Shown here piece by piece: positions 39,962 to 51,390 of a stretch of 64,000 nucleotides of DNA. Positions within the stretch are counted from its first letter, which is position 1; every line of letters begins with the position of its first letter. The stretch comes from Neodothiora populina. Lineage: Eukaryota. Made by a program: the position numbers and the translations under genes. The stretch spans positions 434,001-498,000 of the forward strand of contig NW_027191414.1 of assembly GCF_041146345.1 (NCBI RefSeq), given 5' to 3'. The notes below the pieces were generated by a model. That model worked only from the letters and a program-made list of their open reading frames with translations. It was not told where the DNA came from and did not search any database.

Positions 39962-40409
39962 ATGAGAAGCTTTTCAACATCGGTCAGAAGATTGATCGAG
40001 TGGAAGGGTTACAAACTCGAGTCTTTGGATGAGATTTGGAGGAACGCCATGACCACGTTTGCAAACGGAGGCGCCCCAAAGGCATGTTTATGATCCTTTC
40101 GGGCAGCGATCCATCGAAGCTCACCGGTCATATCTTAAAAGATGTTTCGCTGACCGTAGTGCAGAGACTGGGGAAGATTGAATCGATAGAGATCAAGTAT
40201 CATATTACCATTCATTATATCTCAGATTGAATATCACTGACCAAGCATGTAGGAGCCGAGCGGAAGGCCCTGTTCACAAATCGGCGTACAATCCTGCTGA
40301 TAAAAATGACATAATCAGCGCAAGGGTTACAGGAGATAGAGGGACCAAGACTTGTCATATATACAAGGACGGTACCGGTACAACCAAAAAGGGGGAAGAT
40401 CCGGTTTAG
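39962..40409 (+). CDS. Small hypothetical protein (~100 aa), 3 exons, mitochondrial-like N-terminus
   Basis: MRSFSTSVRRL start; GC-AG intron 40082-~40164 and GT-AG intron ~40197-40252 join in frame; TAG 40409. Confidence 0.6.
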
Positions 40410-41021
40410 GGCAAGCATGGGACTTTCCCTTATGTTCCCTATTGCATCGAATATTCCGCCATACAATTCGAAATTGTAGAGGAACCAGATGTATGCATTG
40501 AGCTCAGTGATGAGATAGCCCTCCCAGGGTTGCAGCTAGTGCACTCGTATTGGTAGACTGTTAAAGGGGGTAATATAATACCACGACCATTAAAGAAGTG
40601 AATAGTCAATTGCGCAAAGATCAATCTTTGACTGCGATATGAACCATGGAAGTGTGTCCTATCGATCCTTTAGTCCTCGAAATTTGAGGCTAGAAGTGCC
40701 AGAGGTTACCACAGGGATTGACTCAAGTCACTTTCTCTAGATTGATCTTTGTCTACGAAGTCGGTTCACTCAAGCTTGTACGTATCATTCATGCTAGTCA
40801 CTGGGTGGTATCCTCACGGGTAAAGCAATTTTCACTCGAAATTCGAAAACTTCACGCAAGATTCACTTTCCTCATGTGATTAGAACAAGCGCAAGAAACA
40901 ACAACAACAACCAGCGGAAATTTCATCAGTCTTGGGTTCAGTCCATGGCCTCCATCCCGATCTTGAATTCGACTTCCTCGGCTTTTCCCTACGTCCCTTC
41001 GGCAGTTGACTTGAAAGACAG

Positions 41022-41240
41022 CAACGACATGTTCGATGACAACCTCTCAATGACTCCTGAATAAACAGTCAATGAGTCTCTGATGAACAGCAAACGAGTC
41101 CTTCATGAGTAGTCAATGAATCTCTGACGAATGGCCAACGAGCCTCTGGTAACAACGACTCTCCGACGAATATTTGATGAGTCGCTTATTATCAGCCAAT
41201 GAACCTGTAGCGAAAGATAGATGACTCCTCGACGACTAGC
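41022..41240. repeat. Degenerate 11-bp-period minisatellite (about 17-19 units, core AYGA)
   Basis: caatgactcct/gaataaacagt/caatgagtctc/tgatgaacagc/aaacgagtcct/tcatgagtagt/caatgaatctc/tgacgaatggc/caacgagcctc... Confidence 0.8.
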
Positions 41241-41317
41241 GATTAACTACCTACCTTATAACAATCAGCCACGATGTAATTTATAGTATATACAAGGTAA
41301 AGACCGCGCATGAAAGC

Positions 41318-41436
41318 ACATACGGCCACAGGCGGCTGAGAACTGGGCATCCCGTCCGCTCTGCCAGACATAAGCAGTTGACCGGCTGATTAGTACTACG
41401 GTGGGTGACCACGTGGGAATCCCAGCTGCTGTATGT
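41318..41436 (+). rRNA. 5S rRNA gene (dispersed copy)
   Basis: 119 nt, ACATACGGC...GCTGTATGT terminal helix, CCCGTCCGCTC loop, TTAGTAC..GGGTGACC..GGGAATC; upstream TATA-like ~41284-41292; downstream T run. Confidence 0.96.
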
Positions 41437-41702
41437 TTTTTGTTGGCGTTGCATTTTGCCCTTTGTTGCCTTGGCATAGTGTCGTTTTGAGGCTTGACTG
41501 CACATGTTGCATAAACGTAATGTAAAAACTTGGATGGGGAGGCTTGTACGGTAGGGTAGGATGGAGTTTTTGGGAGAATGTAGATTCAATCGGGGTTTTC
41601 GTGGGTGAAGCTATATGTCTGCCTGTCTGTCTGTCTGGTTGGCTGGCTGGCTGGCTAGATAGACATCTGCCTCGATTGCTTGATCAGAACTAGCTAGGGA
41701 GA

Positions 41703-44700
41703 CTAATCCCATCTGCTGGCCTCTCTTTCTTCCTCGACCCTGGCAGCCCTGCGTTCGTCAACCTCATCATCATCGTATTTGTGATTGGTCCTTCTGTTCC
41801 TTTTCTTTCGTCCGCCGCCGCCGGTTCCACCGTCTCTCCTCTCTGCTCTAGGACCGGTGGGAGGGTCGAAAGATGCGCTGTTGTTGCTTTCCTCTATGCT
41901 CCCTCTTGATCGCTTGCCTAATGCAGAGGCCGGCGCGATGCCCCTGCGCTGTTGCTCTTTCAGCATACGTTCTCGATTCCTGGCTTCGCGTTCTTGGGCG
42001 TGAATGTCGATTACTGGTGTTGACTTGTCCTTGGTGGCAGCCGAAGTGAAGGCGACACTCTGAACACTTTCGCGGCGGACGTCGGTACTGTCATTGTTGT
42101 TGGTATTGCTTCGGCGAGGGTCTTTGCTCGCTCGCTCTCGATCGCGGTTGTTGCTGTTGCGATCGGTGCGGTCGCGGCCGCTTCTGTCTCTGTCGCGTTC
42201 GCGTTCACGATCGCGATCTCTTCTTGGGCCCGTGGGTGGCGCAAACTTCGATGATGCGCCTGTAGGTGGTGCGGTCGTCGTTGGTGGTGCCTTTGCGCTT
42301 CTGGAACCTTTGATCTTAAACCCCAGGTCGTCTGATGCGGGTGGCGGGGCCATTGCTTCACGGTCACCGTTGTTGGTATTCCGTTGATCCCGACGGTCGC
42401 GGCGAGACGAGGAGTATTTATCGTCTTTGTCGCGCGACCCTGTTGAGGCGGATCGATCGCGACGAGATGAGCGCTTGGACCGGTCTTTCTCTCTTTCGCG
42501 TTCCCTGTCGCGATCACCACGATCTCTGTCGCGATGAGAGTCACGGTCTCGCTCCTTGTCGCGGTCTCTACGGCTTCGGTGACGGCCAGACTCGGAGTGC
42601 AAGTCTTCCCCGGTGTTGCCATTTGAGTAATCTTCCTCTCCACCAGTTCTTGCTGGCGATCGTGAGCGGTGTCGGTGACGGTCGCGACGATGTTCCCTGC
42701 TGCTGTCCCGGTGTGATCTCGAGGAACGGTGCTTATCCCTTTCCTTGTCACGCCGGCTACGATGGCCTCCTCTGGATTCATCTCCTGGTGAGGCGGCACG
42801 CGAGCGGCTCTTTCGAGAAGTCGTGTCGCCATCTACACCCTCGTCTTGTCTTTCGTCCGCGTAGCTGTCTTCGTTGTCGCGGCGACGCTCCCTTCTGCTT
42901 TCGTACGCCTCGTCTTCTTCGACTCCTGCGCTGGTAGAACGCTGCCTGTACTTACGCTTGCGCTGACTTGACCTTGATCTTGAGCGCGAACGGATGGCGT
43001 CGTCACCTTGCTGCACAATCGGTTCCTGCTCAACGGCTGGGGTGTGACTAGCTTCTTTCTGTGAAGCTGCGGATGGAGCTGGCTGGACAGACACCGGCAC
43101 AACTCTACTATAGAACCCCGTGTTGGGCTTGCCCTCGCGCATTGCCTTAGGCCCAGTCGGTGCATTGATGGGTGGACCACTCTCTATGCCTGCAACGACA
43201 GTGAAATTATCCTGATGTGCGTATGCATCGTGCATATTATTGGCAAAAGCACCGAAAGCTCCGCGACCGCGTCCCCTGCCTCTAAAAGCACCTCTACCTC
43301 GATGGAAGCCAGCTTGAAAATTAGCAGGCACGTAGAAGCCATCGCCTTGGGCAGGGTCGTTCGAATACTGCTGAGTCATGTCTTGATCCACCACCTGGCC
43401 AGCCATATTGCCAAGTGCTCCGGAGTTCATACCTGGAGGGAGAGGAGAGAATGAGTACGGAAAGATCATAGCATGACGAAGACGAAACAAACTCACCATT
43501 GATGTCCAGACCTTGCTGGCTCGCGCCATCGGCGTGCATTTCGTCATCATGGTACGCGTTGGCATCGCCACCCTCGATAGCTACCTGATCTGCACTATGA
43601 GGGTCCTCGTCGGCTGCGCCCCTGACCACATCACCCTGGGCGGACATGTCTCGAGCATGGTCTTCGTCTACAGGCAGTGCAGAGTGGTCATCTGGCTTCT
43701 CGGACGAGGGGTGGCCAGTCTCTTCGATAGCTTGAGAGGGGCGACGATCACCTTGAAATCCATCAGATGTAGCATACTGGCCTGCAGCGGGGCGCGACTG
43801 AGTCGGCGGCTGAATCTGGTTAATGTGGTGACCGCCACGACCAGCAAATCCGCCCCTGCCACCACGAGGAAATGCTCCACCACGTTGGCCTTGGAAGCGG
43901 TTCTGGTAATTATGATTGGGGAATTGTTGGTTATGCATCTGATTGCCATAGGCTCCTTGGTGCATTTGCGGTTGATTATATCCAGCATTGGGATAGAAGC
44001 CAGCACCAAAGTTGCCACCCATACCCTGCTGTGCATTCCAATTTCCCCCGAATCCACCACCGAAGCCCATTCCCATGTTCATTCCACTCATGTCGTTCAT
44101 GCCCATACCGCCGGCGCCGAAGCCACCAAACATGGCCATGTTTCCCATTGACATGCCTGTTGGATTTTCTTGTCAGCAATAGAAACAAGGCAATGCTACA
44201 TCACAAAATAGACTTACCCATCATGTTGTTGAAACCACCCCATCCTTGCTGCATGTTTGACATGTTCATCATAGGGTTGAAGGTAGCACCAGCGTTCCAG
44301 TCCATGTTTGCGAAATTCTGATTCGAGGCATCGAAGCTCATGTTCCCATTCATACCCTGGCCCTGTGGAGCGTTCTGCACTTGTCCATCGTTTGACCCAT
44401 TTTGGTCAGTCTCTTGGTCGTAGCCATCTTTGACGTCCTGTTCTTCGCCTTCGGTGGTCTGCACAACCGTGTCGGCCTCGACACCAGGCGTCTGATTCAC
44501 ATGCTCTGTGTGATCAGGCCTCGGCTGCTGCTCGTCGGCGATGTGTTCTGAAGGCTGTGCCTCGGAGACCTTGACGCTGAATTAGTTCTGTAGAGCAGAG
44601 AGCAGGACAGAAGATATATGGAAGAACTGACCTCTTCAACCTGAGCCATAGGGTCTGTGGCGCCTGGATCAGCGACAGAGGCATTTGTGCCATCGACATG

Positions 44701-45251
44701 TACACTGTTGGGCTGGACTTGCTCCTCCTCGGTCTCCGCCCGCTCTGGTACAGGCTCGACGTGCTCAGAGGGAGCGGCGGCTGGCGGCGCGGGAGTGTCT
44801 GTCGGACGCGGAACAGGTGGTGTAGCAGCCTCGGCAGCAGCTCGTTTCTTCTCTTCTGTCTTGAGATGGACTTTGATAGTCATGCGTAGGGCCTTGTGCG
44901 GCTTGCACATGTCGGCTTCGAGAGGAGAATGGGAGCAGACAGGGCATGACTCTGGCAGACTCGCTTGGCCTGGGTGATGCGTCATCAGTTTCTTGTCTTT
45001 GGGATGCTGTCCTGTCCCACAGTGCACATACAGTATTGGCAGATGGCTTGGTCACAGCAGGGCAGCTTGAAGGCATTCACTGCGAGCTGATTGCATACTG
45101 CGCATCTCAGTTTGGTGGGTATGTCGGCAGGCTCCAGTGTTCTGCGCGCCCACGTCAGTCTCGGTGGCAATCACCTCTCTGTCTTGGACAGGAGTATAAC
45201 ATACGCAGCAAGATCCAGAGCTGCCTGGTCTTGCACCAGCCCAGCGGCCAT
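41703..45251 (-). CDS. RING-like zinc-finger protein with Gly/Asn/Met-rich, RGG and RS/RD-rich regions (putative RNA-processing factor)
   Basis: LRCAVCNQLAVNAFKLPCCDQAICQYC|QASLPESCPVCSH; RGRGRGRG; NAPTGPKAMR; long RD/RS tract; about 5 introns. Confidence 0.75.
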
Positions 45252-45977
45252 GATGGACAGGGTAACGATGCGACTTTCAGGGAAGCTCAAGGTCAGGTCG
45301 AGGAGGTGAGGACGCCCACGTCAGCTCTCGGTCAGCTCTCGATGAGAAAAGCTTTATCAAATCATGTAGCGAGACAGCGTGCGATCAAGGCGATTGTTTT
45401 TGAAGCAGCGCAAGAAGAGGATACCACATTATGCGACGTGTCATGCATTTATCTTGCTTGGATTATGTGAAGGCAACTGCTGTGTGTCTCTCGAAGCTCA
45501 AAGTTGCATCAGACTGGATGCAAAGTTCCGCGCGCGGAGGTGTGCGGTTAAACCCGCCGCTAAACTTTAATCTTCATCGCGTGTGTCCAAATCACCTCAT
45601 CTTATCGATAAGCCTTCCTCTTTCTCTTCCTCATATGCCTCCATACACTCGTTTCACCCCAAGCGTGTATCCTGCACGGTGATCTCTGAGTATAGAGTGG
45701 TACCACCTTGATCTGCTGACTGTACGACACTCGGGAGAAACACAAGGCATCGAGAGTTATGGCAACACCCTCCAAGGCATTAGCATACTTCGCTTAGCAT
45801 GGATGGTCAGGAACCGCCGATCTTTGCCGCGAATCGTCGCATACTTCAATTATGTCATGTACTGCACCTTCCTCGTCTTCAACATGAACATTTGACAAGG
45901 TATCCTCAATGTTTCCTGTGCTTAGACAGAATCGACACGCGCCTTGTTTCCTCCTTTGCATAAATCTTTAGATAGTG

Positions 45978-47218
45978 ATGATGTTGAACCAGATCTCCTA
46001 CTTGGATTGCCTAGCGTTCTTGGTCTTCCTAGCTCCTCAACTCTTGATCCATGTCGGACTTTATGAAGTCTTGAAGTGTGTGCTTCGAGCGTTGCCTTTC
46101 TTTGGTAAAACAAGTCCTGTTCAGTATGACTTCTCAGACAATTGTCAGCTCACTGTCTTTCTACAGTGATCAAGCTGCCTTTTCGTTTCGTCCGAGAGCG
46201 CTACTTTACTAGATATGAAGACAAAACTCCCTTTTGCCAGCATGCCTCCCCGTTCCAGGACTTCGTCATCCGCTGCGTGCGCTACGCCTTTGCGTACATC
46301 CCGGCTTCAATTGGCAAGGTTTTCTTCTCCAGGCCTGTCGCGTTGCCATTCCTGTACTGGCGCATGCTTCGTCACGGTGTTTCCAGGTCCCCGATCCCGT
46401 GGCAAGAGATCGATAGGCCAGGTCTCCAGGGCATTTGGATCTGCTGCGATGAGTCTCAACTGCCTGATGTTGTCGTTTATTATTGCCATGGCGGTGGCTT
46501 CTCAATGGGCTCCAGTTACTTCTACCTCGAGTTCTTGCTAGCCTGGGTGTCACTCCTCAAAGACGCTGGCTTCAAGAATCCTGCGCTTTTCGCACTCGAG
46601 TACACCCTTGTACCTGAAGCCACATATCCGCGACAGATTGATGAAACAATCTCTGGCTACGACTTTGTGCTTGCGCAGGCCGGCGGCTCGCCCGAGAAGA
46701 TCTGTCTGGGTGGCGACTCTGCTGGTGCAACATTGCAACTGAGCCTATTGCTTCACTTGTCCAAAGAATCCACCCCTAAATATCCATTGCCTGCTTTCGC
46801 CATCATCATCTCGCCCTGGGCTGTCATCATATCACCTAAGAATCAAGATACCCCTAGCGATTACTTGAATGCCGAAAGTCTGCACCTTTACGGAAGCCAG
46901 TATATCGGAACAAAGGCGTCAGCTGACGATCCTGTCGTCTCACCTGGCTCATGTAGAGACATCTCATGGTGGCAACGGGCTACACCTTCTCGAGGTTTCT
47001 TCTTCATCTATGGAGCCGAGGAGGTCTTTGCTCCGGAAACTGAAGATCTTGTAGGCTTCCTGAAGAAGACAGGGGCACAGGTTGGCGTTCACAGTGAGAA
47101 GGGCTGGATTCATGCCTGGCCTGTTGTGAAGCTTTTTCTCTGTGACGGTCAAGATGCTAGACAGAGTGGACTGAAAACGATGACCGCAGCGATTAGACAT
47201 AAGATCAAGTCGATATAG
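45978..47218 (+). CDS. Alpha/beta hydrolase, HSL-like (Say1/Mug180-type)
   Basis: HGGG, GDSAG nucleophile elbow, catalytic His in WIHAWP; N-terminal TM; intron ~46105-46166. Confidence 0.88.
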
Positions 47219-47713
47219 AAGTGCATATGGCGTACTAATACCTGTCGAACATAAAAATCAATCGACTTTCTATCAATTACCCGATATGAGACATGCACCC
47301 TTGTCGTGAGCCTGAGCTATTGGCCTCCAGTCAAAGGCTTCTGCAATTTGTCTCACTTATCACATTGCAGATGATTCGTGGTGGCGTCGGGAGGATTTAG
47401 TCTAATTGCCCTACACCTATCACCCTGAGTCAAACCACCTCTGCCAAGATGGGACCATGTACACTTGACAGCCACAGCCTGACTATGGCATACTATGGTA
47501 GCAGCGCTTCAAGATCTTATACAAGTTCGACTTGTCTCCAGAACTTTTCACGACGCTTGCCTCGCCAATAAGGTGCGCTTTCTGCAATGAATCTTGGTAT
47601 TTATCGCTGCTACTTAAAGAGTGCGTGAAGCCGACAACAGCTATGCAACTGACCAACACCGAAGCACCATTGCTCAATGCAATCCTCTGATATTCGATGT
47701 CTCCACCCTATCC

Positions 47714-48841
47714 TCATAGCCAGACAGCAGTCGCCGCAGCTAAAGTCTTTCCCTCATCGTCGACCAATTGCGTTCGAGCAGCTTCATAAAGCTTCTTCCC
47801 GTCGAAACCGAGCACAAACACATAACCTTCAGCACTGTCCGTCAAGGCCATGTACTCAACATCGGGCTTCTCGACACTATCAGGCGCCGGTTCCACAGCG
47901 TTTGCAATGCCACCGCTTGTCGCGGTTTCGTAAATGTCAATCGCGTCGCCATCGATCAGTCCTTCTGCAGTTAGTCTGTAAGCTGCAACGTAACCTTTGC
48001 AGCTCTTCTCGAGGCCGCGAGTGGAAGCGTAGAGGTATCTTGGACTGCCCTTTACAGGTCTGCTTAGTCGGACTTCGTCGGCCCAGTAGTCTTTAGGGTC
48101 TTTGTCGGCGGGAATAATACTGGCGCCGCCAACGAGCTCAAGCGTGGTTCCATCTTCCGCCACGGAGAGAACGTCCACCATACTGCTGTGCTCCTGCAGA
48201 CTATACAGGTATTTGCCGTTGGGGTGCGGCCATGTGTGTCTCGGACCGTCGTTGCTTCGGCTGGCGATCCACTTCATGCCTAAAGTCAGAGGAGGCTTGC
48301 CAGTCGAGGCTGCGGAAACGTCTACACTGTATGACCAGACGCAGTTGTGGCCAATGTCTGCAATGTACAGACTCTTTCCATCCGGCGAAAAGTCTACGGA
48401 ATGCGAGCCATGCCTTAAGCCTCCGAAATCACCGTGAGCCACCTCCCCTGTCTTTCCATCATCCTTGCCCGACCCTTCTCGGAAGTTCAATTCCTGTACC
48501 AATTCACCTAGGCTGCCGTCTGCATTTATAGCAAAGACTTCGCCGGTAGGTCCGCCTGCTGTGTAGAGATGTGTGTCTGACGCCACAACGTAGCCGCTCA
48601 TTGCCTTGATTGGCTTGGAGTTCATAAAAGTCGCCGATCGATCATCATTGATCTTGTATGATGCAACTTTAGCAGGATCTGCCCAAACAGTGGTATACAG
48701 AAATTTGTGATCTTTTGAAAGAGCTAGCCAAGAGTGGCCGCCACACGCCTCTGATCGCTTCACAATTTCTAAGGAAGATGGCGCATTGAATCGAAGTGTG
48801 AATAAAGCGGGAGAGTAGAACGTGCCGACAAGAAAATCCAT
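47714..48841 (-). CDS. 7-bladed beta-propeller lactonase / muconate-cycloisomerase-like protein (no signal peptide)
   Basis: FLVGTF, HGSHSVDFSPDGKSLYIADIG, DGPRHTWPHPNGKYLY, YWADEVRLS, LYASTRG, AATAVWL. Confidence 0.85.
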   Translation of the reverse strand: MDFLVGTFYSPALFTLRFNAPSSLEIVKRSEACGGHSWLALSKDHKFLYTTVWADPAKVASYKINDDRSATFMNSKPIKAMSGYVVASDTHLYTAGGPTGEVFAINADGSLGELVQELNFREGSGKDDGKTGEVAHGDFGGLRHGSHSVDFSPDGKSLYIADIGHNCVWSYSVDVSAASTGKPPLTLGMKWIASRSNDGPRHTWPHPNGKYLYSLQEHSSMVDVLSVAEDGTTLELVGGASIIPADKDPKDYWADEVRLSRPVKGSPRYLYASTRGLEKSCKGYVAAYRLTAEGLIDGDAIDIYETATSGGIANAVEPAPDSVEKPDVEYMALTDSAEGYVFVLGFDGKKLYEAARTQLVDDEGKTLAAATAVWL

Positions 48842-49282
48842 TGTAGAGGCCGAATCAAATTGTTTCAGGAGTGACTTTTTCTGCTTCAAAGGACTTGGTA
48901 CAACAAATTACTTTCTTAGGATACAAGTTCACAAAACGCAGGAACCAGCTACTTCTTACTTGAAGAGAGGCATCGGGTCTCGCATCAATGGATATCGGAA
49001 GATGCACTTCTTAATATTTATCCGAAGCTGGCCAGGCGTCGGACCGGGGGACACGTGTGGTTCGCGACCCGTAAACCGTATCAGGCAATATCATAACCCT
49101 AACGTGCCTGAATGCCGACTCCGACCATGCCGATCATGTGGGCGGGGATGGTTGGGCAATAAACATGATAGGTAATCTATTCTGAAGGGGATACCTCTCG
49201 TTTTTAAATAATCAAGTGCTGTTCACAGCAAAGCGAGGTGGGCAGACCCGCGCTCATAATTTTATGCGAGCAGCGCTCGATC

Positions 49283-51285
49283 ATGGTTGAAGATACAGCT
49301 CTGCCAGCACTGACGCCTGCCTCGTCTGCCGGGTCACCGGACACCGTGACGAGACCCAAACGCAAGGCGAATACTGCTACGAATCGTGCAAAGCAACAGA
49401 AACGGCCTCGCATCGAAGGACCGAGACCGACTGCTATAGATCCAGAGCCAGAGGTACAGACAGAGATACCCGAGATTGGCGAAATCGATAAGCAGTCAAC
49501 CCCCGGAACACCATCGGTGCAACCGCTCGCGCATCAAACACCCCGCAGCCCCCGCCCCTCAGGAGTGACATGTAACTTTATCGACAATCAATTTACACCC
49601 TCGAAAACTCGTAGCTGGATACCTGTCCACGACCCAGTAGGCTTGGCCTCGTCATATACACGATCTGCTCGCTGACATAGAAAGGCAACCCAACAACTCA
49701 TAACCCGCGTGCCTGAATCAACACTCACTGACGTGCATAATGCGGTCAATAGTGCTGAAGCAGCACAGAAGAAGTGGCGGCGAGTACCATTGACAAAAAG
49801 AAGAAAACCCCTTCTTCGCTTGATAGAGCTTATGCGTAACAATGAAATGAGTCTCGTGAGTTATCGCTGTCTAGAAGATGTTCGGATCTTTTCTGATGTG
49901 CTTTTGCAATCCATGCAGGTCAATGCCATTGTCAGAGATGTAGGAAAAACTGCCGACGATGCGATCTCTGAGATATCACGATCAGTGAACATGGTCGAAG
50001 CTGCTCTGTCGTGTACAAGTGTGCTACTCGGATACCACTTCGATAACGAAGCTACTGAAACTCATACCATTGACGAGCCTCTGGGTGTTTGTATGGCTGT
50101 CACACCTTTCAATTTCCCTCTGATGGTGCCGATGTGGCTGATACCTTTCGCCATCACGACGGGTAACACCATCATCTTGAAGCCATCTGAGCAGGCGCCA
50201 AGCGTCATCACTGTCCTAGGTGAGCTCTTCCAACAAGCGGAATTTCCTGAGGGTGTCTTCAGCATCATCCATGGCGGTCCGGCAGCAGTAGATAAATTGC
50301 TTGCTGAGCCCGCCATCAAAGCTGTTTCTTTCGTCGGTTCCGACGCTGCAGGACAACACATCCACAGCACCGCTATCGCGGCACGGAAACGAGTCCAAGC
50401 AAATTGTGGAGTGAAAAACCATGGCGTTGTTATGCCTGATGCCAACAAGCGCCAGACATTATTTGCTCTGGCTGCTAGTTGCTTTGGAGCTGCTGGACAA
50501 CGATGTATGGGCGTAAGCGTGGCGGTCTTCGTGGGCGAAAGCAATGAATGGCTCTCAGAACTTGTCGAGATCGCCGCGCAATTCAAAGTGGGCACCGCTT
50601 CCCAGCAGGGTATTGCATTGGGCCCTCTCATCAGTCGCGCATCCAAGCAAAAGGTCGAACAAATGATACAAGGTGCTATAAAAGACGGTGCCAGGGTTCT
50701 TCTCGACGGAAGAGGTGTACAAGTGCCCGACTTTCCAGACGGCAACTTTATAGGACCGACGATCATTACTGACGTTCAAACGTACATGGAATGCTATCAG
50801 AAGGAGATTTTGGGCCCGGTACTTGTCTGTATGCAAGCTGAGAGTCTTGAGGAAGCCATCGAGTTGGTCAATGATAACCCATGTGAGTCTCATATTTCAG
50901 CTCACATGTGTGGCAATCGACTCATTGGCACACAGATGGTAACGGATGTTCAATATTCACGTCTAGTGCAAAGAAAGCACAGATGTTTCAACGTGAAGTC
51001 AACATAGGACGCATAGGCATTAATGTGCCGCTCATTGGTATGATTATCTTTTTATACCTTTGCCCGCTATCCATGACAAACTGACACTTTTCGCAGCAAC
51101 GTCTGGACAAATATCTAACAGCAGCAACAAAGATAGTTTCTTGGGAGGTAAGATTCTGTATTTTTAACTGTGATGCTTGATTTAGTCGTAAGTTGACCTT
51201 TTGCATAGATATCAACGTCCATGGCTTCAGAGGTCATCAATTCTTCACCACCACCAAGACTATTTCATCCATATGGAAAGATTGA
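49283..51285 (+). CDS. Malonate/methylmalonate-semialdehyde dehydrogenase (ALDH6-type, CoA-acylating), diverged paralog
   Basis: EPLGV..TPFNFP, LKPSE, SFVGS, VQANCGVKNH (lacks the general-base Glu, as in MMSDH), catalytic FGAAGQRCM, EILGPV; about 5 introns; TGA 51283-51285. Confidence 0.88.
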
Positions 51286-51390
51286 TCTTATATCAATCAT
51301 TTTCCTTTGCTGAACCTCAAAGGCTAGGGTATACAACTGATCCAGCAATTGACCGCCCCTGTTGTGGCGAATTCGAGCATCTCCATCAAT

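Noticed and set aside
41022..41240. CRISPR-like or coding interpretation of the 11-bp array
   Set aside because: Eukaryotic context, no repeat-spacer structure, and no ORF spans it
45978..47218. Alpha/beta hydrolase as a URC cluster member (RutD analogue)
   Set aside because: It is a membrane-anchored HSL/Say1-type lipid esterase with no GATA array seen; adjacency is the only evidence
49094..49103. TAACCCTAAC as a telomerase RNA template
   Set aside because: It sits in a 440-bp divergent promoter, too small for a Pezizomycotina telomerase RNA; at most a telobox-like site
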